Below, one piece after another: positions 26,288 through 36,620 of a stretch of DNA of 64,000 bases. Positions within the stretch are counted from its first letter, which is position 1, and each line of letters starts with the position of its first letter. The notes below the pieces were generated by a model. The model was given only the letters and a program-made list of their open reading frames with translations, was not told the origin of the DNA and searched no databases. Source of the stretch: Octopus vulgaris (taxonomy: Eukaryota). The stretch covers positions 66,464,001-66,528,000 of the forward strand of contig OX597815.1 of assembly GCA_951406725.2 (NCBI GenBank), written 5' to 3'. A program made the position numbers and the translations under genes.

Positions 26288-26822
26288 ATCATCATCATTT
26301 AACATCCGTCGTTCATGCTGGCATGGATTGGATGGTTTGACCAGAGCTGGCAAGCTGCACAAGACTCCAGTCTGATTTGGCATGGTTTCTACAGCTGGAT
26401 GCCCTTCCTAATGCCAGTGCTTTTATATAACACCATTTAGGTGCATTTATGTGGAACCACATAGACTCTTTTATGTGTTAATACACAGTCGCTTTTACAT
26501 GACACGACATGGGTACTTTTATGTGGTACCAACATGAGTGCTTTACACCACGAAAAGGCTGCTGTGGAGTACGGGTCGTCTTGAGTACATCAAGGCACCA
26601 GGCATCTTGGTCTTTTGTCATCTTGCCTGAAAGGTTCAGCATCTTAAGGCCATTCTTCAGTACTTCATCACATGTCTTCCTGGGTCTCCCACTTCCATGT
26701 GGTCCATCCACTTTGAGAGATCCACCCACATCGCATGACCAAACCAGTGCAGTCTTCCCTCTTGCACACAGCAACCAATTCCTTTTATGCCTAACTTCTC
26801 TCTCAGAACACTAGCACTCTGT
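26288..26822 (-). mobile_element. RTE LINE 3' fragment (divergent subfamily)
   Basis: GSGRPRKTCDEVLKNGLKMLNL plus the conserved 3' UTR core and (CAT)n tail. Confidence 0.8.
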
Positions 26823-26849
26823 CAAAATGTGTGTGTGTATGTGTGTACA

Positions 26850-27683
26850 AATTTTGCGCATGCGCATTGTTTGTTTTTGATTTTGTCAACTACACAGTAT
26901 AGTAGGGTCAGTTGGACACTGTCTGTGAGAAAAACAGCACCATGACACAATTCAGTCTGCCAGAAATTTGGAAACATGTTGTACTGCTTGGCATTCACAC
27001 TGAAAGCTCCAATACAAACATTTCAGAATGTCTGGGTGTCAATCTGAGGACATCTACCAAGAGTGATAAAAATCAAACATCCAGTCAACATCATAGTGTT
27101 TGGAGTGATCACTAGTGATGGCAACGTTATGCCTCCATTCATCTTCCAACACAGCCTCAGACTCAATACAGAGGCCAACGTCAAGTGCCTGGAGGAGGTC
27201 ATGCTGCCCTGGGTCAAGAGGGTAGCTGCTGGAAGACCCTATGTGTGGTAAAAGGTTTCTGCACGATGCCACACAAGCAGGAGAACCCAGTCATGGCAGT
27301 CAGACAATTTCTGCGACCACATCACCCCTAACTTCTGACCACCTAACTCCCCAGACTGCAACCCCCTTGATTATTATATGTGGGATGCAGTTGAGAGAGA
27401 GACCAACAAAACTCCATGTAACACCAAAGATGAACTGAAGGCAGGGATTATGGCAGCATTCACCAACTTAAGCAAGGAAACCATCCAGAAAAATTGCAGG
27501 AGATTCCAAAGTCGTCTGGAGGCAGTGGTTAAAGCTAATGGCGATTTTATTGAATAAATTTACTCATTAGTATTTCAAGATTTTTTATATAATTTTGGTA
27601 AATGAGACATCAGAGTTATTTTTATTAAAATGAGACATCAGTGTTATTTTTATTTTTGCGACAATAGTTTATTCACTGCACCC

Positions 27684-27685
<2 letters not shown>
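26850..27685 (+). mobile_element. Tc1/mariner DD37D (maT/mori-type) transposon, internally deleted
   Basis: VFGVITSDGNVMPPFIF...RPYVW...CHTSRRTQ...PPNSPDCNPLDYY. The reconstructed spacing between the 2nd and 3rd Asp is about 37 aa. Right end caccctg. Confidence 0.85.
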
Positions 27686-27737
<52 letters not shown>

Positions 27738-29169
27738 TAGCACTAGGAAGAGTATCCAGCCATAACTATGCCAAAAGAGACAGTGGAGCTCAACACACCC
27801 TCTGACCTGTTGGACCCTATCAAACCGTTCATTCCATGCTGGCATGGATTGAGCAGTTTGACAAAATCCAACATTATTAACCATTTGTTACCATACTTCT
27901 GTTTAAATACACAGCCTTTGTTTCAGTTAATTTTTAAAATAATAAAGGATTTATTAAATAAATTTTTCATTATTAAGTTGATGTTTGGAACATAAATGAA
28001 CAAGAGATTTTGATGGAAAGTTTTAATTAAGGTCATTTTATAATAGAAAATTTGTATCACAGAACCAGGAGTGCCTAAGAAGGGTTAGTATCAAAAGCAT
28101 TAATGGAATAAATAAACAGTCACATTTTCTAGTTCCTTTTTTTAAAACATCAAATAATTGAAGAGAAAGGACATTAATTAAAAGTTGCATTGTTAATAAA
28201 TAAAAGAGCTTTCTCAGAGGATCTTCCTTTTTTCATAGTGTTTGCTTTAAGACAGGCTCTCAAAATTGTGGAGGTAACTCCTTAAATGGTTGCAGTATCA
28301 TAATTTGGTTAAATTTGCCTATGATAAACTTCATATACCAGAATCTTAATAGTTGGCACTGTTACAATAGATTTTGAATCATTAAATGTCAGGTTTCTTT
28401 TCTTTATATGAATCATAGAACTTCGCCCACATTACGCTTCCTTTTGATTACTTGACTATAATAACAAAGGATCAGAAGTTTCTAGTCATGTCCTTAGGTT
28501 TCATCATAGCATATATCAATGGCACAATCTCCAACATTCCTTCTATCAATTTGAGTATACATTATGGGTTAATTATCTATCTTACACTTAATTGCCCTCA
28601 TCACATTCACCCAATGTGTTAAATATTTCTCTGATATTTAATTGCCCTAGTGACATTCATCTCTAACGTCATACACTTTGTTAACAAGACCATAGGATAC
28701 CTCCTCTCTTTCTCATCCTCAGCCCTTATTCATACAAAAATTCAACACTTTTCAGTAGGTGTGTATACTGTGTGAACAGAGACTCAAAAAATGGCCAACA
28801 GTGGAGGTATGGTAACCTAGTTACCAAAACAGACAATATATAGTAACAAGAAAACAGTTCTCATTACACCTAAAGCCAATTGGATTGTCTACAGATGTTA
28901 AAGACTTACAATCTCTAAAGGCTTTCATGGCAACCACTGGTGAAATAAATATTGAAGATGCTTTGCCCCATGCAGAAACTGTTGGGTTACTCAGATGTAT
29001 TGCAAGCTCTTCTAGATCCATCACAATGTCAGAAACTCTTCCATATCATCAGCAGGTATCTCAGAGTGATAAGCATTTCATTCCTTAACCTGTACACTTT
29101 ACCTGAGTGGGGCAGTGAGGACATTATTTTTTGCCTGCAGAAAGGTTCCATTTCCAATCAGACAACCAC

Positions 29170-29402
29170 AGCCACCTTGAGCAGGTTTCAGCTGCCATGC
29201 CAATTTTAGGCTTTCTTCAGCTGTTTGGGTTCCAGGCCAGTTGTCTACAGAAAATAGCACACCAATCTTGTGGCAAATCCACAGCAATTCACTTCAATAA
29301 GGAATGAGGCTGCATGCCATTCCTTGACAGAGGTCTTATTAACCAAGTCCTGATATTTTTTTAGCTGATGAGGAATATCAAATCTGTCCTCCCAACAGCA
29401 CA
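29170..29402 (-). mobile_element. Non-LTR retrotransposon remnant, restriction-like endonuclease (RLE) domain, split by the pogo element
   Basis: CWEDRF...KKYQDLV...WHAASFLIEVNCCGFAT matches the RLE signature E-x(n)-KY...W...EVGxRG. It continues briefly beyond 31088. Confidence 0.7.
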
Positions 29403-29404
29403 TA

Positions 29405-31086
29405 CCATGTTTCCCCGAAAATAAGACTTGGTCTTTAATAATTTTGCATCCAAAATCCGCATTAGGGTTTATTTCTGAGGAATGTCTTAAATTTTTGCGG
29501 AAAAAATCCAAGAAAGACAAAAAGTTTCATGTCCTCATGTAAAAGGAAAAAATTGTAAAAAGGATACCTATGATTTTACTTATCAAAAGTTAATTTATTT
29601 GCTTATTGTTTTTAGTCAAGTAGAAACATTTTGTCCTCTTCTGGAACATAGTCATAAATCATCAAACCCTGAACTTCAGACTGAATGTCTTGCAAATCCA
29701 CTTCTTGTAGAATCATGGACTCCAATCTCTCATGCTTGGCAATATAATTTTCCTTAAATGAACACTTTTTGTCCAAGTACCTTGCTTGTAGTCCATTGGC
29801 AATGCGACTGTCAGTAATTTTATTCCATGAATTCCTCACCCAATTCACAACTTCTTTGAGGATGGGTTTGACAAAGTTTCCACGCTGATTTCTCTCCATT
29901 CTATGTTTGATATAGTCATTCACTTCCATCTGCAAATAATCCTTGAAGAGCTTGTTTATTACAAGACCTAATGTTTGTAGATATGAAGTCATTCCCATGA
30001 GAATCATTATGTGGTCAATTCTTCTTTTAAAAATGAAGGTTTACATATTTTTTGCAGGATGAGTACTGGCCAAATCCCAGAATAAAAGACCTCTTGAGAA
30101 CCATGTAAAACAAGTGGCATAGTTAAAATCAACTCATTTTCTTTCTAACAGCTTGTGTGCACCAAGCCTTTTCCGTTTCAAGGACATAAATGCCCGAAAC
30201 GCATTCTATTTTCTCTTTTTTGGCCTTTGTGATAAGACAAATTGGTAAAATACAAGTAATTCTTGCACTTTTGTAACCCATTGAGGCAATGTAGATTGAT
30301 GAGGCACTTGTCTGTTCAACAGTCATTTTAGATCCTTGGCCTATAAATACTGCAGTCTCATCCATAGCAATTATATTGGAGAGATTGTATTTTAAAAAGT
30401 CAATACCATCAATGAAGGACTTGAATGCAAGTCCACGTTGAATCACTTCAGCATCCTCCAGCTTGAACAGTGTTGTCGATCTTATTAGAGAGAGCTCATA
30501 TCACTAAGGGAAGTTATCCAATCAATGAGTGATGCTTTGAATATCTCTGGGGGTATATCTGACTGTGGTACCATTGCAAGAACAAATTCTTGAATATCAA
30601 CCCTATGTACAACCAAAGCCTTTGTTCTTCTGTCAGCAATCCATCCCGGAGTGATATCTTCCAGCTCCAAAAATAATGGTTGTCAACCTGATACAAACTT
30701 GTGCTTCTTAGCACTTCCCTCATCTAACTGTCTGCTGAGATTATTGTACTCTGCTCACCATTTTCGAACCATTCAGAGATCTAACATCATCTCCTTACAG
30801 ATAGCCGTAAGATTCTTGTTATGTGACTCTATCACAATTCCTTTCTTGTACTCCACAGAATAACTCTTTCTTTCTGCACTCATCTTTTCTGGGGGACAAG
30901 GGAGTCAACTCCGTGTATGCTTAGTGCAGACTTTAGCCAAGCTGCGCTAGTAGGCTTACTTTGCAAACATCACATGGTCTTGCTAACAAGCTGATGCATT
31001 TTTGACTAGGTCTTATTTTGGGGGTAGGGCTTACATTAAAAACATTCTGAAAAATCATGGTAGGGCTTATTTTCGGGGAAACATGG
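29405..31086 (-). mobile_element. pogo/Tigger DNA transposon with decayed transposase
   Basis: Perfect TIR ccatgtttccccgaaaataag with TA TSD. Minus-strand MSAERKSYSVEYKK...VRKW (Brinker-like), CENP-B-like HTH, AMDETAV, and GMTSYLQTL...INKLFKDYL. Confidence 0.93.
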
Positions 31087-31398
31087 TAGCTAAGTCTGCA
31101 TCACAGAAAATACTCCAGCCATTGCACTGTTAATGCTTTGTAAGATAATTTATATTTATAACGGCACTGTCACCATGTTCTGGTGGTGACAAGTATCAAA
31201 GAAAACATGAAGGTTTAAGAATATTTTGATTCTTCCTCAGATTAAATTACACAAAAAAGTCTATACACAGAATGTAGTTCTTCTTTGCTGATTTCTGCTT
31301 TTGCAATAAGGATTTAAGAGATGCATGCAGCCCACAAATAACCTGGCCTTTATAGTTTCCTGTTTAGTTAGTAAAATTCCTTCAGAAGTAAAATGCAT

Positions 31399-34300
31399 TC
31401 ATATTTGGTAAAAGCAGATAGCACTATCACCTTCAACAAATTGTCCAAACAAAATCAAACTGAAATCTGCAGCATGTAAATCGTGAACTGTAATAATTTC
31501 TCTATTGTCTGTAGTGATATATCTCTCGCAATAACCATCAATGGAGACACGATATATGATACCATACCAGTCAAAGTAGTAAGCATACTGTCCAAAGGCT
31601 GTGATTCGTTTTGGATTTCCAATTACAGGTACTACTATTATCTTGATGATATCATGGTTGAACCAACAAACTGAATCTTTACCTTGAAATTCTCCACTCA
31701 CTACAACATCACCAGCTAACATCACAGCTATATCGTATATAATACCATCAGTTATATCATTCTGACTCTTGTAAACATAAGTGCTATCTTCAATGAGCAA
31801 TATATCTATACAGGCACCACTATATATCTCACTGCTCCCTAATCTATTTACTCCACCTCCTCTACAACATACCAAGCAATTATTGCTGGTTTTGCCAATA
31901 TACTCATAGCTTTTGTCTGTACAGATTCTTTCCTGTAAAGAGAAATCAGAATTATAAAATACAAATTGTTTTTCTGAAGGAAGACAAAAAACAAGACTCT
32001 CCTGCTTCCATTGACAAAGGTTACTAACTTCAGCATCAGTTTTGAATTTGTGTAAATTTTCAGATGTTTCCATTGCTGTTTCTTTAGTTCTTACTACTAT
32101 TACATTGTCATTATAACTTACAACCATTTTATTGTTGTCCAGAAGAAGAAAATGTGCTCCATAGTGAGAGGTTTCTAAAGTTTTATCTACTGAATGAGGA
32201 ATGCAAACAATTTCCTTTCTCCGTGGCAATTTCCTTACTGCTACAATATTTGATCCCTCTCTACAACTTGCAATATAATCACCAGCTTGTTTGAGCAATC
32301 TCTTATTACAATTTCTGGATCTTTTTATAGCTTGGATGTACAAATCTGGACTATTTCGCAATTTCCTTTCTTGGTTAAATCTATTTTTCTCTTCTTCAGA
32401 ATTGAACCAAAACTGATATTCAGGATGTTGGATAAGCAGAATTTTCTGAATAATTACAATAGTGTTATTATTTTCTATTTTAACAAGATGACATTCAGTT
32501 GATTCTAAATCCTGACACCAATAATGATTGTGGATTTTTCGGTATATTTTACAATATGGTATTTCAGTATTAAATACCCTCTTAACACTTAAAGTGTTTT
32601 TACTCAACTCATGTATTTCTCTTATCTGGGGAACAGTGATTAGAATATTCCCTGTCTCAATGAAACATAACCCTCCCACTATGAAATTAATTTTCTTGTG
32701 ACACAAAAACAATCCACCACTTCTAAAACATTTAACAATGTCATTCTTTCTGTCATAGATAACAATCTGACCTCTCTCAGATACATCAAAATCTTTCACT
32801 TGTACTGGGAAGTTATCACATTGGAGATGAGATACTGAAAATATTTCTCTATTAAGAGACAACAATCCTTCTGTATAAAGATTATTGCTACTGTTGACCA
32901 TAACAAATCGTGGTCCCCGACAGTTCATAGCAGTTAACACTGATTCGTCAATTAACTCATGCGGATGAAGAAACATGCTGTGATATTTGCCATCCATCGA
33001 CAAACGTGTGACCCTGTAATAGTAGTCAATTGGTTGACTTGTTATTATGTAAATATAAAGTTTATCACTAGTGATACTAATAGGCATGGACATATTAAGA
33101 GGAGTTACTTGCTTTGTGATTTGACCATGGATATTTAAGAATATTACTTCACTAAAAGTATCATCTTCATCATAACAGTGAACCACTATTTCATCATTGG
33201 GAGTAACTGTCATATCATGAATAGTTTTCCTCCTTATTTCATTCCAACCATTTATGTGCTTTTCCATAAAAACAGATGATTTTAAATCAACTATACTTAG
33301 ACCACAGCTTCCATTGTCTGTCCAGCTACATACTAAACGTCCATCTGAGAATGAAGCAATGCATCTGTAGTTCTTACATGTTTTAAAGCTGACATATGTT
33401 AAAGGAAACTGAACTTGAACTGTTAACAGTTTGTCTGTGTTGGTGGAAATAGCAAAACTATTGGATAAACAACGACAAATCCCTGTAGGTGATGAGTTCA
33501 AATCCAACGTATCAATTAGTTCACCCTTAAAAGTTAATATCTTTATGCTGCAGTTGTTTTTATCACAGATTACTATTAAATTGTTATCTGTAATTAACAG
33601 AGCTGAAATAATGATCCTCTTTGTGTCTTTATAGGTATGTGGTACTTGATAGACATGTTTATTTAATGTCATTGATATATCATGACGATGTACTACAGAT
33701 GATAATGTATCAGTAACAACTGCTGTACAGGAGAAGATATCAAGTTGATCAATGAAAGATTTAAGCTGCTGGCAAGACACATAATCACAAACCATTAATG
33801 TTTCTTCATTGAATGAAAGCATTTGTGAGTCATCAATTAAATATATGGCTGTTTTGTCAGAACATACATCATACAGACATCTTCCAGAACCAAATTTGGG
33901 ATACAAAATAGTAGGAGAACCACAAAAAGAAGTGTTGTATTTCAACAATTGACTTTTGGTAAGTGCCAGAATATTGTTGTGCCACAAATGTAAAGATCTG
34001 ATATAACTGGGACATATAGCTAAACGTCTGGTTGGTTGTTGACTAGTGAGTTTTATTGTAACTATATCTAGACACTTAGATTTGTCACAGTAGCAAATAG
34101 CCCTGTCATTGTCTAACTTATGTATGAGAACATATGGCTGTTCAAAAGATCTTACTCTAATATAATTTGAAACATAATCAAAAATCCAGAGTTGTTTTTC
34201 AAGAGGTAATGTTAATCCTAAATTGTTGCAATCCCATCGACAGATATCAGTAATTGGAGATGGTACGCTAAGCTGATGGTTAATATTTCCTTTCTTGCAA

Positions 34301-36423
34301 CATAGTAACAATTTATTTTCTCCCCACTCAGCAATAGCTAACTGACCATTGGGCACAAGACATACAGAACCAATAATAGCTTTGATTTGATTTTGGTCAT
34401 CATAAATTATATCAGTGCTTGTGGTATCTTTAAGAGTCTTCACTGGAACTTGATACCCATCACCACAAAGAAATTTATAGCAATGAAGTATACTGTTTAT
34501 TGGGTCCACAATGGTAACTGTCCCTTTCTGAACACCAATTACTGGCAGAAAATGACGTGGAATTTTCCACTCTCTCTTTAGCTGTCCAAATATATTATAT
34601 ATCTTAATTGAGTTGTTGTTAGAAATTATATAAAAATAAAGGATGTCTGAATACACTTTCCTTGGCTGTTCAATCACAGGAAGCTGTATTTGAAATAATT
34701 GTTCTCCATCAGTAGAAAAAACCACAAGTTTTTCATCCATTTTGTCCACTACCATTAAATTGAGTGGGGAGGCTGCAATGGAGACATTTCCATGCTCCAA
34801 ATTTATAAACTCAATAGGTTCAATTTTACTTTCTGTCACACATATGATATGTAGTTGAGCTTTATGTCCATCTACTAAACATACAAATTTGTCAGATATA
34901 ATATGACTAATTTGGATGTAAATTTCACTTGCAGTCGCTTGTATATTTGTTGCAACAAGATTATAATTGTCCCAGGAGATCTTTTGGAATTTCCTGCCAA
35001 ATGAAACAATGATCTTGTCCTCAGCCCATCGAGAGACATCAATCAAAGGTGATTCCAGGGTTAAAGAATGTTCAATAATTTTCTTTTCATCACGAAGAAT
35101 GAGTAACTTTATGAAATTTTCTAAATAAATAATTATAAAACAATGTCTTGATATTGGTATTACAGCCCTTATATCACGTGCATTTTCAATATCTAGACTG
35201 GTGAGATACCTTGGACTTTGATTATGAGAAAAATAGGTTTGTCGTGGCCAGAAATTAGGGGTGATAATTTGATATTTAAAATTACTGAATAAAACAAGAT
35301 TGTTTTGGTGAAGATAAATCTTTTGAGGAGTTCTTTCAACTATTCTCTTAGAAATGCCACCAAATTCTGAAACCTTGAAAATATTATTGTTTTCAAAGAA
35401 ATAGAAATATTTTTGGTTGGCTACAATTTCTATCAGTTTATCATTGAATGGAACATCAAACTGGAATAATTTTCTGCCCTGGAGATTATAACAGGTAACA
35501 CAAGGAATGATACTGAAAGCCACCAGAATAAGTTTTCGAGGTCCAACAGCAATTGATGAAATGAAGTGATTAATGTTAAATAAAGCGTGTATATCTCTTT
35601 GAATCCAGTCCACAAGGTAAATGGTTTTAGAAAACAACTTCACACCAACAAATTTTGTTCCTTCTACATAGGAAAGTTTATAAAAACCATGGTCAAGAGT
35701 TATCAATTCCAGACTGAAAGGATGAATTAAGATGATTTTATTCCTGAAAGGAAGACTTCCCATAACAGTATGCTCTCCCACTTGTGTCATATCTGTGATG
35801 GGAGAGTTAAAATAGTAAGTTTCACAAAGTCCATCTTGATTAATGTAATTTATAGACAAGCTGTAGGAGTCATAAATGACAGCAACATCATAAAGCATCA
35901 AAATCTTTGTTATATTAATAAATGATAACTGTTCAGAAAGAAGGTTGAAATTCACAAAATGAGTTGTAATTTTTTGAAGTGGTCGAAATTTTACTTTGTG
36001 ATGTAACATTTGAAATGGTGGGTTTGAACCATGATGGATTTTGCTCAATTTCTTTAAGTAGCAAATGGTTTTTGGCAGACTTGTATAATTCCATGAGGCA
36101 ATTCCCCTTATAACTGATTTTATCTTCACCAGAGCTTTCTTGTGAAACTCTGAATCACTTACATTATCTCTCATAGCAAATAACTCACAAAGGAAATTTG
36201 TTAAATATATTTTACGCAAATCAATTTGATTATTAATCCATAGATTACAACCTTGTTTTTCTGAAACAATTTTAGTAATTGTTTTAAATGAAGCTTTTTT
36301 TCTTACTTTATGTGGAATTATATCTTCCAAACTTGGTTTAGAAATGATTTTACGTGATGCCGTTTTTTGTACTTTACTGGGAATCATACAATCCAAACGC
36401 GAATGTTTTCGCTTTTGTGACAT
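31399..36423 (-). CDS. Uncharacterised 1674-aa intronless protein with about six tandem NHL/SGL-like beta-propeller units and a basic N-terminus
   Basis: A 5-kb stop-free frame with no mobile-element motifs. Blade motifs (SPITDIC.W, G.L.I.D..N..IK, Y..I....LVC) recur about every 250-270 aa. The first in-frame ATG is at 36423, after an in-frame TAA. A splice acceptor (polypyrimidine tract plus TGTAG) is at 36593. Confidence 0.9.
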   Translation of the reverse strand: MSQKRKHSRLDCMIPSKVQKTASRKIISKPSLEDIIPHKVRKKASFKTITKIVSEKQGCNLWINNQIDLRKIYLTNFLCELFAMRDNVSDSEFHKKALVKIKSVIRGIASWNYTSLPKTICYLKKLSKIHHGSNPPFQMLHHKVKFRPLQKITTHFVNFNLLSEQLSFINITKILMLYDVAVIYDSYSLSINYINQDGLCETYYFNSPITDMTQVGEHTVMGSLPFRNKIILIHPFSLELITLDHGFYKLSYVEGTKFVGVKLFSKTIYLVDWIQRDIHALFNINHFISSIAVGPRKLILVAFSIIPCVTCYNLQGRKLFQFDVPFNDKLIEIVANQKYFYFFENNNIFKVSEFGGISKRIVERTPQKIYLHQNNLVLFSNFKYQIITPNFWPRQTYFSHNQSPRYLTSLDIENARDIRAVIPISRHCFIIIYLENFIKLLILRDEKKIIEHSLTLESPLIDVSRWAEDKIIVSFGRKFQKISWDNYNLVATNIQATASEIYIQISHIISDKFVCLVDGHKAQLHIICVTESKIEPIEFINLEHGNVSIAASPLNLMVVDKMDEKLVVFSTDGEQLFQIQLPVIEQPRKVYSDILYFYIISNNNSIKIYNIFGQLKREWKIPRHFLPVIGVQKGTVTIVDPINSILHCYKFLCGDGYQVPVKTLKDTTSTDIIYDDQNQIKAIIGSVCLVPNGQLAIAEWGENKLLLCCKKGNINHQLSVPSPITDICRWDCNNLGLTLPLEKQLWIFDYVSNYIRVRSFEQPYVLIHKLDNDRAICYCDKSKCLDIVTIKLTSQQPTRRLAICPSYIRSLHLWHNNILALTKSQLLKYNTSFCGSPTILYPKFGSGRCLYDVCSDKTAIYLIDDSQMLSFNEETLMVCDYVSCQQLKSFIDQLDIFSCTAVVTDTLSSVVHRHDISMTLNKHVYQVPHTYKDTKRIIISALLITDNNLIVICDKNNCSIKILTFKGELIDTLDLNSSPTGICRCLSNSFAISTNTDKLLTVQVQFPLTYVSFKTCKNYRCIASFSDGRLVCSWTDNGSCGLSIVDLKSSVFMEKHINGWNEIRRKTIHDMTVTPNDEIVVHCYDEDDTFSEVIFLNIHGQITKQVTPLNMSMPISITSDKLYIYIITSQPIDYYYRVTRLSMDGKYHSMFLHPHELIDESVLTAMNCRGPRFVMVNSSNNLYTEGLLSLNREIFSVSHLQCDNFPVQVKDFDVSERGQIVIYDRKNDIVKCFRSGGLFLCHKKINFIVGGLCFIETGNILITVPQIREIHELSKNTLSVKRVFNTEIPYCKIYRKIHNHYWCQDLESTECHLVKIENNNTIVIIQKILLIQHPEYQFWFNSEEEKNRFNQERKLRNSPDLYIQAIKRSRNCNKRLLKQAGDYIASCREGSNIVAVRKLPRRKEIVCIPHSVDKTLETSHYGAHFLLLDNNKMVVSYNDNVIVVRTKETAMETSENLHKFKTDAEVSNLCQWKQESLVFCLPSEKQFVFYNSDFSLQERICTDKSYEYIGKTSNNCLVCCRGGGVNRLGSSEIYSGACIDILLIEDSTYVYKSQNDITDGIIYDIAVMLAGDVVVSGEFQGKDSVCWFNHDIIKIIVVPVIGNPKRITAFGQYAYYFDWYGIIYRVSIDGYCERYITTDNREIITVHDLHAADFSLILFGQFVEGDSAICFYQI

Positions 36424-36592
36424 TTTTAACAATTTTCCAGATTCTCCTTCCTTAAAATTCAGTTCATATTCCAATGCTTAAACCGATTTCCATTGTTGTT
36501 TACTAAAGATGATATATAAAAATTATGTCCATCTCAAAAGGTTGGCTTCATTTCTTCTAATGCGCACATGGTCAACTTCCAACAAGAATATA

Positions 36593-36620
36593 CTACAATA
36601 AATAGAAGGAAAGAAAGAAT
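36593..36620 (-). promoter_or_regulatory. 3' splice acceptor of the large coding exon
   Basis: Minus strand attctttctttccttctatttattgtAG, so the exon would begin at 36592. Confidence 0.65.
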
